64,000 nucleotides of DNA, from assembly GCA_973851085.1 (NCBI GenBank), contig OZ316775.1, positions 2,666,001 through 2,730,000 on the forward strand, given 5' to 3'. A program made the position numbers and the translations under genes. How positions within the stretch are numbered: position 1 is the first letter of the stretch; every line of letters begins with the position of its first letter. This document shows, piece after piece, positions 52,835-64,000 of this stretch. The notes beneath the pieces are model-generated. The model worked only from the letters and a program-made list of their open reading frames with translations, was not told the DNA's origin and made no database searches. Source of the stretch: Ptychomitrium polyphyllum (Eukaryota).

Positions 52835-55561
52835 GGTAACTTTTCTTTTCAGTGTAACAAGTTACCAAGTCAAAATGACTTGAGGTAGCCGGACATGCAA
52901 TTGTCTTATATCTGAAAGCAGCATGTACAGAAGGACAACCTCTCATGAGGATTACTTATGGTAAGTCTAAACTTCTGATAATAGTCCTGGCGAAGGATCA
53001 CAAAATGTGAAAAAGATTGGGATTTTTATTATAAACTTCTCAGCAAAAACGCAGACCAGCATCCAACCCCAAAGGTTTCAGTACATTTCTTATCAAAGAT
53101 TTACCCTTTACACTGGGCCACTAGGCGGGAAGTTTAAACCACACTGAAGTCCTATTTATGCATCAACCTCAAATCAATCATATGAGCATTTTCTTTATCC
53201 TTGATCTTGTCACCTTGATTCCTGACAGGACTTCACTTGGGGCTATTTATACATCATTGAAGGAAGGAGGCATGTTCTCTTTACAATTTTTTACAAATTG
53301 AACTTTTGGTATGTTTCCTTAATTCTGAGCAGAGTGAGATAAGGTTATAGATCTGCATCTAGAGGCATGGTCAGGGACAGAATATCATTGTCAAAAGGGG
53401 GCCATTCACGAGTTAAACTGCATCGTCCAATTTGTGAGAAAGAAAGCAGGAGTCCTGTAGTACCTAGTACTCCATGTGTGGGTTAGACTTGTAGACTGCA
53501 ACTTACCATTTGTAACTGCAACAATGTATAAACCCAGTTACCGCAATGTATTATGGAGGTCCTATATGCCATCCATTTTTCCTACCATTTCCCAGCAGTA
53601 CACTTTCCAACTTTCCTGAGAGTCAAGACACATTACTACATTTAAGGATGGGTGATTTTGTATATGCTTTTAATGGACGCCTTCTCTGTGACTGGTAGAT
53701 TGCCATAAGGAAAGACCATTGTTAACTTTTTTTTTGCAACTACATCCTTATTTTGCATTATGAAATTGAAATTGAAAATCTACTTTTGAAAACCTGAAAC
53801 TGCAGATGAGTAGATGCCTTTGATGTTGCCTAACTGCTGTACATGAACTTTTAAGAGAATCTTCCAATCCGGTACCTGTAGATAAGAGGAAAGAGCCACC
53901 GCATTCTATAAGAAATAACTTACCTATGCACTAGACAACATGTGCACAACAAACTCACAAATATAACAATGTCAAGGAAAAGCCACTCCCGTACAAAAGG
54001 ACACTCAGACCTGTGCATCCTTGATTCCCCAGTACATGGAAAAGTGATCAATGCCCACCATCAATATACTGGCAGAGAATAACTGTGACATCCAAATGAC
54101 CTCACTAGGTACCTTATCACATTTACGTCGTCTTGGCATCACTTCACAGCTCAACACATTGGTGTCATTTTGACAACACCTAAGTCTATGCCTTTCGGAT
54201 CATAATTTCATATTATTTTCATAATACCCAGTGTGTCACTGAAATTTTGGTGTTAAAAATTGAGCTTAGGTGAGGTATGGCATACATTCATTTTTGATAT
54301 CACCCCAAATATCAAAATGACACAAAATAGATTTTACAGTGGTGACATTTTGCAATACAACTTGATGTTGACAAAAGTTAGACACAAGTACTCCATACTA
54401 GGCAACCAAAGTTTATATACTATAATTGTTAACTAAGTAGTATCGGACACTGATATCATATTTAGGTGAAGCAAGAGAGGTATGACATGGCAGGCACAGA
54501 GCTGAAGTCCATGGCCACAGGCACTTGTATTATCAAAATTTTAATGTATGAACAAGCATGATTACATACAAAGCTAATGCTGCTGCTACCATTGACGCTG
54601 TACTCCATACAGTACTTCACACAGAACCCATGAAACATGACCTACATAGACTTGGTGCATGATGACATCCAGGTGATAACCAAGACGATGGTAACTGCCA
54701 GTTACTGTGTCTGGGAATGGTTTTGAAATTCACGGTGATTCTGCTTTGTGAACTTTGAAACTATTGCGTGAATCTTAGGGCTGCAACTTGCAAATTGCTG
54801 CCAAGGCCCGCTAGGAGCCAATGCCTGCAACAAGGTTGCAGCTCCTGTCAGAGTTGCTCAGAGTAGAAGGCATCTGCTGGTGGGTTGACCTCTACCTTGG
54901 CAATTGCCAACCAAAACTGGGTCAACTTTCCAGCACTGAATAGTTACATTCATCTGGAGGGGGATTAGCCAGAACAATGCATGGACATTCTGCTTCACAA
55001 ACATGATAATCCTACTCATCTCATGCGTTGGAGGTTTGTAGGGACCCGCTGCATACTACTGCTTGGGGAAATGATTCGGAATTGACATGCACCCAAAAGT
55101 TGTAGGGTTTGAAATATAACTTTTATCTATTAGGTTAGATTTGATTTTCATTCCACCACTAGTTTCTAATATGGTTTAGAACTTAGAATTTAGAGTTCTT
55201 CCTTAACAGATTTTCAATTATATATATTATTAAAGGTATTGTAATTTATCCAATATATAACTTACTATGTTATATTTAAAGTTATTATTTCTTAACAAGA
55301 AGGCATACAATTAATACAACCAAAATAATATTTTTATAGAGAAAATACACAATAGTAATTCTTAAGAAAATACCCTTGATTCCTTTTTTAAATTAAAATA
55401 TATGATTTTTTTTAGAATTTGAGATAAATATGCTTGATAGACAATGCATGTGATTAGAAGTGGATCCTTTTAAGTCCATTTATAATAATTAATGAAAGTA
55501 AACTTTACAAATAAATTTATGAATTAGGCCTTTATGGCTAAATAATTCATAAGTAAATACT

Positions 55562-55578
55562 GAATATGAATATGAATA

Positions 55579-55612
<34 letters not shown>
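55562..55612. repeat. (GAATAT)n followed by an (AT)n microsatellite
   Basis: Seen directly. Confidence 0.9.
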
Positions 55613-55615
<3 letters not shown>

Positions 55616-56748
55616 ACTATGATTATAAAAATAATATTTCGTTTTTTTTCAAAAGTCAAAAAAATATTAATGAATGATATTAGATGTCTGTATTATAGCT
55701 CAAAAGTATAGTTTAATTGTTATAATCAAAGTGTTTTTAAATAAATAAATGCGTGTTTGTTAATAATTCTTGTATAAATGAAAGATAAATGTATAAAGAT
55801 CAGATAATATGCAAGAATATATTGTTTATATCCAATAGCAATCCATGTACATATAAAAATCACATCTAATAATATTTTTTGCTTTTTAAAACTTACCAGA
55901 ATTTATATTCAAAATCGGACAATACATATTAAAAATATTTTTAAGAAAAAACAAAAGTTTTAAATAAAAACTACACTTAGGTATTGCAATTTTAACACAA
56001 CATTTTAGATAAAAAAATAATTTATATAAATAGTGAACTTGTAATGAAAAATGAATGAGATTAATGGAAGTAATTTTTATAATGTGGTTGAAGTTTTAAT
56101 TGTGGAATTTCTTAGTGCTTAAAAAAAATAATTCTTCACTATTTAAAATTATGTGAACAAAATCATTATAACTGCATTATCATTTAAAAACTGCACCATC
56201 CCTGCCTAGGTGGTGTATAACAATTCATACATGACTACATTTAACAACACATAGAACTTCACATTTTTTTTCTTTCCCAAAACTTGTTTTTCCAACAATA
56301 AAATTTACTAAAAAACTTCTTCTTAACAAGGACAATATCCCTAAATTACTTACTCAAACTATGAAAGAACGTAAATATAGGATTTAGTAGAAACGATTTT
56401 TTTATTTAAATCAATCCTTCAAAAGACTAAAATCATATTTTTCCTTATAATGTTATTATATATGTGCAATGATCTTAAGTTCTATTTATATACACGTTAT
56501 TTCTCTTACATATAATATGATAGCTACTTTTAATAAAAGTTTTTTAAAGTTAAAAGAAAGGAAGATCTGAAAACTTTATGATAGTCAATGTGTCTAGCCA
56601 AATTTTGCCTAATCATCATTGCCCTGTCACCAAGTATTGTTAGGTCACATTGAGTAATAAAAAGAAAAGGGTATGGGTACATGCAGCCTAAATGGACGAC
56701 AAATGAAACTGTACAAGAGCGTTTAGGACCGTAAATCCAAGTGGATAA

Positions 56749-56833
56749 ATCCGAGCTGGACCGTACGCCAGTCAGGTTACCAGATCCGAGCTGGAAAGGA
56801 ACGCCAGGTGGTAGGAACCAGATCCGAGCTGGA
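56749..56833. repeat. Three spaced copies of ATCCGAGCTGGA upstream of VDR
   Basis: Copies at 56749, 56784 and 56822; ACGCCAG occurs in both intervening segments. Confidence 0.75.
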
Positions 56834-57557
56834 ATGCCCAGTCATGCCCAGTCATGCCCTGTCTCTTTTTCTAGAGAAGCGTGGTGGATGCACTGCTGAC
56901 AGTGCGGAGCTCATTCGAGATGAGGTTCACAATTGCTGCACAAAGATTGCTCCTTGGATTCGAACTCGCACGAAGCAATGCTCGGAAGAAGCATCAACGT
57001 GCATGTGGGTGGACACAACTTCACTCTTTGTACTATCTTTTGGTTTTGCTGCCACAGCAGGCTGAACAACTGGTTGACGTAGGTAGAGGATTGTGGAATA
57101 AGAGCACGGCAGAGAATTCAGCAAGTTTGGAGGTTATCTCTGCTATTGTCTTTGTGGGCTTGCCTTGACTTGTTGCACGATGTGGTAGTACCACACGCAG
57201 TTGTTGTGTAGTGTGGTAGTGCCTAGTTCTTGGATACTTAATGGATAGTTGAGAGCTTTTTGAAGCGCATTGGTTAGGGGGTTGAGTGGGTAATGTTTGT
57301 CGAGGTTGAAGATTGATTAGAGCTAGATGCTGTGAAATTGTGAGACGTTTTTGAGTTTCTCAGTTGTTGCCGCTCGGTTTGGATCTACGTTGCCTTGAAT
57401 ATAGCTTAGGGACTTGAGAAGCGGGCTTCAATCTGCTGGAGCAAAGTGCAACACATGGCGACAGAGTGGAGGTTTTAGAGCACCTGGGTGGTGGTGGTGG
57501 TGGTGGTGTGTGATTGTTGAGTAGATACTGTGTGAGCTGAGATTTTAGTAGCCAGAG

Positions 57558-60273
57558 ATGGCGTTTGTGGCTGCGCCTGTAGTGGCTTCATTGTCGAGAT
57601 CTGGTGCAGCACTCGTTGGGATGCGTTCTGGAGGTGAGTGCTAATCCATGCGATGCTATAGCTTGGTTTTGTCGTTCGGGCGGAGGAGGGTTTGGATTTA
57701 GGGTTCATGGTTTGGGTGAGCACAAGAGAGGTTTTGATATCAGCTTTTTGGGTATGAAGGTTTACGTCATTTTGGCAGGTGTTGGTGTGGGAATTGGGGG
57801 GATTGTAAGAGAGTCGAGACCATGCGCCCGAAGAGAAATCAGGTCAGAAGGGTGGCCTACAAGCTCCACATGTCCACTGGTGCTTCTTTTTCTAATTCTG
57901 ATTCGTAATGAAGTCTTATCATGCTGCCTTGATGTGAGCAGGTGCTCACCTCTGCAGCATGATTCCTTGATTTCCTTTTGCGGTTCCACTTCCAGCAGTG
58001 GTATGCTGTTCTTCCACCTGTTTTCTACACATTCTATTTGAAGATGGGTAGGGCCAGGTTGCTTTGAACTACGGTCGCAGTATGCCGGAGACACGTCTGT
58101 AGTTGCAATTAGGTTTCTATATTACTGGTCTTGACTGAGCGACCTCAGGTGCTGAACTCAATTATGGCAATGCTAAATAATGCTATGACGTGATTGCTGC
58201 AAATGCAAATCCAAGTACATAAATTCTTCTCATATTGCGTCTTTGCTTGCTGTCAATCGGTACGTGTGCTTGTCTTCTAAGCCACATGCATTCTCTGTGG
58301 TTGAAATGATACTCAATATTATACAGTGACTGAACTTCAGCACCGTCCTGCAGCTGTAAAGATTGAACTACACGAGCTTATGACTTACAATGCACGTTCA
58401 TGATTTTAGCATTGTATGACATTATCTGACGTCAATGTTGACAAGATTTTTATTTTGGGGGCTCGAATAGATGGTCCGATTTGGCCCTACAGGGCAAATC
58501 AGGAGGCGGCAGGTGTGGCGGAAACTGCTACGATAGGTGAGCTCACAGAGTTTTCAGAGCTCGCTCAAGCAAAGGTGCTAGCGATCGTTGGCGCTGGAAG
58601 TGTCAGCCCATTCGATGGCAACTCGTGGGAAGATGTCATGCAGCACATGGTATAAACCTCATAATCTCACATGAAGGTGGCATTAATTGTCGCTATATGC
58701 GACCTTTGTTCATCTGATTCTTAATTTCCAGATTTCACTGTGCAATCAAGTCATTACGTTTTGGATTCTTCACTTCTTGATACCCATGGCATGGTTACCA
58801 CTTCCTTAAGGCACAGCGAATTGGGTGGATAAACATCAAATTCGAGATGTTGGTCCTCACCGAAGAAGCTTTGCTTGCCGGGGGTACCGAATTCGATGCA
58901 GATGTTGCCGTTGTCGTTGCTATTACAGACGTGGAAGCTGTAAAGCAGCTCCAAAACCGCTACCTCAAAAATGTCCCAACCCTCGTTTCGTTTGATTCGA
59001 CTCCCAACATGGAAACTCGGTTGGGTGGCCTGAAGGTGAAGCCTGTCGATCAATTAGAGAAAGTGCTTGGGACGCTGCCTGGAAGCAAGACGAAGGAAGC
59101 CCTCAAGGTTCTAGCTTTGGTGGAAGAGGCTTGGGCACGCAAGAGCAGTGACGATGTCCGGTTTGCGCTTCTTGTGCTCATCGACTCCTACGTGACCCCC
59201 GTGACTTTACTGAAGAACCTCCGTGCCACGAGCTTGGCGTCTGTGCAGTGCATGGTGAAGAACTGTCGGTCACAGATTCTTTCATGCATTTTGGATCCAG
59301 ATTGCCGCACGGCCCTCACCTGTTTGCAGAGCTGTGCACCGACGGACCAAGTATGTAGCTACCGGTGCATAGTCTCATACGAAAGCCCCAAACTGGAGGC
59401 CTTCACCTTGTGCGTGCTGCAGAAGCATAACTGCCTTGGTCTCTCCGCTGATATTTTGATGCAACCTGACGTGCAGCCTCTCAAGGCTTTCCGTGGTGAA
59501 CCTCTGACCCACGGGAGCGCGGAGGACTTGTTCATTGGGTGGCTTGGACTCCCGAACCCCGATGCTAAAGGTGCACTAGTTGAACATAGCTGGCGGGTCG
59601 TTGCCGGACAAAATGCAGCCTATGATCAATTCCCTTGCCAGTATCAGCTGTTCTATCGTGGGAAGGCGAAGGGCTCCATGTGGTATGATCCTGTGTTTCA
59701 GGTACACACCCCAAACCTTAAAACCCTAGACCCCTAGTTCCTGCACTGCTAAGTTGGTTGTGAAACTTCAGAAGTCTTTGAAATTCGTGAAAAACTTTCC
59801 GAGGCCTGAGTCCGTCTTTGAAACTGTGAAAGTTTGACACCGACTGGAGCTCTAAAAATCGTTACTCTAACTTCCAGGTTCAAACTTTGGACGGAAGAAT
59901 GCTCTGGAGGCGGCGGCATTACCGAGTGCAGCGTGACAGTGTGCCAGGCACCTTCTACTTCACCGTCCTGGACAACGGTGTGGTATCCAAGGAGTTCTGG
60001 CGCATTGTGGACGTGAAGGACGACTTGTCATGGGGCCTGTTCTACTACAGCGGAGCTGCAGCTGCAGCGGGGCAGGCATACACAGGAGCCATCATGGTGA
60101 CGCAGCATGGGGCATGGCCTCCGGAGAGCGAGGCTGCTCGCATCAGTGCAGCACTGGGTAGATGTGGGCTCAAGATGTGGGAACTGTACCGCGTGGACAA
60201 CTGTGGCTGCTCGGATCCTCCCCTGGGCATCCCCGAAGGCTCGTCCTTACACTCTGTGATCACTGGACACTAG
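57558..60273 (+). CDS. VDR: Violaxanthin de-epoxidase-related protein (lipocalin-like, Cys-rich domain), probably plastid-targeted
   Basis: Exons 57558-57633, 57779-57842, 57942-58000, 58058-58112, 58493-58649, 58811-59701, 59878-60273 join in phase. Motifs VSPF..SWEDVMQHMAQRIGW, CMVKNC..ILSCILDPDC..ALTCL..C.PTDQVCSYRCIVSYES, WRVVAGQNAAYDQFPCQYQLF, GAAAAAGQAYTGA. The four N-terminal exons are less certain. Confidence 0.9.
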
Positions 60274-60372
60274 GCACCTCTGCTTCGCTAGGCTCGGGGC
60301 TCAGCTCTCGCTTGTACATACAGTGTCGGATCACCACCAAGCCTATCACCTTCCAGGCTTCCAAACAGGAGC

Positions 60373-60463
60373 GGCTCATTGGGGGGCTCATTGGGGGCTA
60401 AGTGGGGGCTAATCGGGGGCTAATCGGGGGCTAATCGGGGGCTAATCGGGGGCTAATCGGGGG
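60373..60463 (+). repeat. 11-bp tandem repeat GGGGGCTAATC with eight G5-G6 tracts, 3' of the VDR stop
   Basis: Seen directly ~100 nt after the TAG at 60273. Confidence 0.9.
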
Positions 60464-62440
60464 ATATTGTAAAGTCGCTGGATCGAGGTCTCCCTTTGGC
60501 CATCATCGGTGAAAATTTTATCATTGGTACATTTTGTTTGATTTATTTATATTCTTATGATTTGCGTTTTCCACGTAATTGATTGTTTATTACAATTTCA
60601 CTTGCCATTTATTGAGTATGATCTAGATTTGAATTTTATTCTAATTGCAAATTATTTATTTAGGTTGTTTATATGCAAAATGTTTTTCAATACTGGAAGT
60701 GGAAAAATTGGGTATTTAGATAGTACATCCATTAGAATCTTACTATTAGAATTTGAAATTCAATTAAATTTATTCCATTTTTTTTTCCAAATTTCAGAAA
60801 AATTATTGACAATTAAAACGAATTGTCTTTCTAAATAAGTAAAAAATAATCTTCAAATGTTTTCAAACTTTGTTGCTTTTAAATGAAGAAAATTGGATTT
60901 ACTATTTGTACCATTTAAAAAAATTTCCAATTTTGTTATAATATGTAACTTGTATGATTTTTGTAGTTTTGTAGATTATCCAAAATAACGTTAGACAATG
61001 TATAAATTCCATCTATGAAATTGAATATTACTAGAATCCTTTACAATCTTAATAAATAAAATTTCAACAAAAGTCTTTGTATATTTACAAAAGATTATTA
61101 AAAAATATTTATTCTTCTAAATTCAATTGTAATTGGCTAAATATATATATATTTCAAAACATGGCCATAAGTTCTTAATAATCAACACTTTCATTTTACA
61201 AAATTATTACTCTTATAAATACAAGATGTTTAAAATAATTACTTAGATATAATAGATAAAATACAACCTAAAAGAGATAAGGAAAATTATATGTTCAAAC
61301 ATCTTATTAACTTAAAATTCAACATTAAATTACTTAAATCATTAAATTCTAGGATAATTTGATTGATTTTGTACATTTAATCAAGAAAACAAAATTCTAT
61401 TGTTTGTAAAATTTTAGAAAGAATATGTTTTAAAATGAAAAAAGACTATTTTTTTTTTCAAAAATATCAATATATTTATCCAAAAACATGCAAATAGTCC
61501 ATTAATCTTCAAACAAAAGTTATTACATCCATGTAAATTCATCAAAACTTTTATTAAAATTCCCAATTTGTTTTAATTCAAAGACTTTGTTCTAAAGCAA
61601 CAATTTTCTTTTTAATATCTAAATAAATTTGCAATTGAGTTAAAGTTTATACTGCATCAGTACGTAAGTGTTAAATTTTTTTGGAATCTATTTATAAATC
61701 TTTTGTTATTAAAACACAAATCTAATAAAAATGCTACATTCTTTGGATATACTTTCAAAAATAAAATACTACATTAAATTCAAATTTATAAATTATAAAA
61801 ACCAAATATATTATAATTACCACACATATGTAATTTTGTGGCTTTATAATAAAAATTATTAAAAACCAAGCTTAATTAAAATAAAAAGATATTATCATTA
61901 TATATAAATAAAAAAGAATAAAAATCGAAACCATATTTTTTTATTTTAAGTTAGATTGCTGATTACAATATTAGCTTTGAAACATAATTTATTGATTACT
62001 TATTAAAAAGAAAAATATTACTTTTAAAGAAATAAGTTTATGTTTAGTTATGGAATGGCATGGGTGTTGACCTTGCTATGGTGCTAAAACAAACTTGTAT
62101 GAACTTCATTTGCTAATGAACTAGAATAATTGGTTCATCAAAAAATCTATTTAATTTATGTTTGTTTTTGAATTCCTAAAAATTCTATGTTTTATGAATC
62201 TTTTTATTCTAAATATTTGGAGAAATTCCACCATATGAGCTCTATAAACATAGGTTTCAACTGTGTTTTCTATATTTTTAGATGAACGCTCGAGACTTGA
62301 GTAAATCAAAAAAGTAAATGGACACTTTTGCTGTACCCGGCCATACCCCGCCCGTTACGGTCTCACCATGGGAGCATGCCGATACCCGGCAATCAGGTAG
62401 ATGTCGGGAAAGCTGGCACAATGAAGACGCCGGAGCACCA

Positions 62441-62576
62441 TTGGAAAAGCGATGCCTACCCTAAACCGTTACTACCCCTGTACTGTAACAAGGAATAGGA
62501 TTTCGAATCTAGTGTATTAAGTTGGTAGATGATAATGGTTTTAGGTATAGTAACGGTTTTGGATAGTGGTTTCCAA
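62441..62576. mobile_element. MITE-like 136-bp element with imperfect terminal inverted repeats
   Basis: TTGGAAA...CTACCCTAAACCGTTACTA versus TAGTAACGGTTTTGGATAG...TTTCCAA; flanked by GACGCCGGAGCACCA and GACGCCGGAGCACGA. Confidence 0.5.
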
Positions 62577-62674
62577 GACGCCGGAGCACGACGTTGTGTT
62601 GGAGCGAGAGATCGGACGAAGCCATTGTCGATCGAAGTGGTGGCTATGGTGGACGAGGCTCCGCGGCAGGACCT

Positions 62675-64000
62675 ATGGCGACGCACGAGCGCACATTCGC
62701 AGGCTGCGAGAAAGATGTGGTGCGGCGGAACTGCATCGACTTCCTGCTGCAGGAGCACTACTTTCTCACGGCTTTTGAGCTTCTCCAGGAGCTCCAGGAA
62801 GACGGACTCGCAGATTGCGCTACCAGACTGCAACTCTTCTTCGCCGACGTCAATGTGTTCCCACCGGAGGAGATCGACAGGATGAAGGCGCTTCAAGGTT
62901 TGTTGTGACGCCGGTGCTGCATTGTTGTTGCGATTGATGATCTTGATTTGGTAGTTTTGTTGTCTCGAGGAGAACGTTTCTTGGCGACTTTTGTTTCTCG
63001 ATTGCGTGCAGAACTGGTAATGTGACATTGTTTCACCAAATCGCGGTTGGTGCTAGGAATTTAGTTACGATGGAACGTGCATAGTTCGTGTTTACTTTTT
63101 TCTATGTCCTTTTGGCATAGTTGAGTCGACATGTTTAGAGGTTTTTGTGTATTTTGGAGGCTTTTGCTGATGGATTGGACTAGGAGACGAACCTGCTGTA
63201 CGCGTGTTGATTCCGCGTCTTTGATATTTTTTGCGCGCGTCGAGAATTTCCACCCCCCGGCATTTTGGCGATCTTGGATCTGGTGATGCAGATGAACGTT
63301 TGAACTGTGCATTCTCGTGAAAAATTGAGCTTTGTGATTCGTGATGGAGATGGCTCTAATGTGTGCTTTCGCATGTGTCTTTTCATCTTCGCTCTCTGCT
63401 GAGCGTTGTCACTTTGTTAAGTAAGCCGCGTTAAAGTAAATCTTGGAGCAGCAATTCAATTTGCAATTTGAGTTAGAATCTTTCCGGAGCTTTCTTCTCT
63501 TTCTGAATCTCTTGTGAATCTCTTTCTGCCTTCGTGTTTCTATTCCCGCTTTTAACGGAGTACGGGGTTTAAGGCTTTTGTAAAGAAGCTCGCCGATACC
63601 CTGCGGTTTTGGAGCACTTATGCATGATATTTCAAATGGATTGGAGTAAACTACCTTGCCCTCGTTTTTAAGTGGAATGCCGGTATCGTCTTTTCGTCCT
63701 CCACTTGAAGACGAGGACCATGAATCGCGTGCAGATCACTGTATGCAGATTAAAATATATTTGGACAGGTAGGATAATTGTTTCAATAGATTTCACTTTA
63801 AGCAATTCTACATCGTAACATGTATTAATCGTATGTGAACTGGTGTAGGAATTGATGTTGTGCAGCTTGTAAGGGAAAAGGAACTGGCCTTCGAAAATGC
63901 GGCTTTATGTAAATATGATATACGACTTTTACGAGAAGATATGAAGAACCTGCAGGAAAAATCAGGAACAGCTTCGGAAGTTTCCGCTGATTTGCCGACG
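62675..64000 (+). CDS. LisH- and HEAT-repeat protein (RELCH/KIAA1468-like), 5' part; runs off the right edge
   Basis: Exon 62675-62897 NCIDFLLQEHYFLTAFELLQELQEDG...RLQLFFAD...FPPEEI; phase-1 intron; exon from 63849 GIDVVQLVREKELAFENAALCKYDIRLLREDMKNLQEK (coiled coil), matching the recalled N-terminus of the plant family. Confidence 0.82.

Noticed and set aside
56749..56833. CRISPR-like repeat-spacer appearance
   Set aside because: Only three 12-bp repeats with related spacers, eukaryotic context, no cas genes
59710..59737. Telomere-like CCCTA repeats in the last VDR intron
   Set aside because: Too short and degenerate to call an interstitial telomeric array

Overview
Eukaryotic land-plant nuclear DNA with spliced genes, very AT-rich TE-derived spacers and telo-boxes; the architecture looks moss-like (inference). 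Genes supported by exon-by-exon translation: 5' part of NAD kinase 1 (-, runs off the left edge), intronless pelota (+), class III trehalose-6-phosphate phosphatase (+), a stellacyanin-type phytocyanin (-), an M17 leucine aminopeptidase (-), violaxanthin de-epoxidase-related VDR (+), and the 5' part of a LisH/HEAT RELCH-like gene (+, runs off the right edge). There is also an internally deleted ATG5 pseudogene (~8.7-10.3 kb). A ~20 kb gene-free stretch upstream of TPP holds two inverted solo LTRs and a probable LINE relic. Best leads: (1) a spliced TPP leader that is either a ~99-108 aa N-terminal extension or a long uORF depending on one intron; (2) a miR408-like site in the phytocyanin, with a GTAC-dense minisatellite ~1.2 kb downstream; (3) the ATG5 relic; (4) a MITE-like element flanked by unusually long direct repeats; (5) a GC-AG intron and a candidate cassette exon in LAP. 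No prokaryote-type system, CRISPR array, tRNA or rRNA was seen. Family assignments rest on recalled motifs, not database searches.
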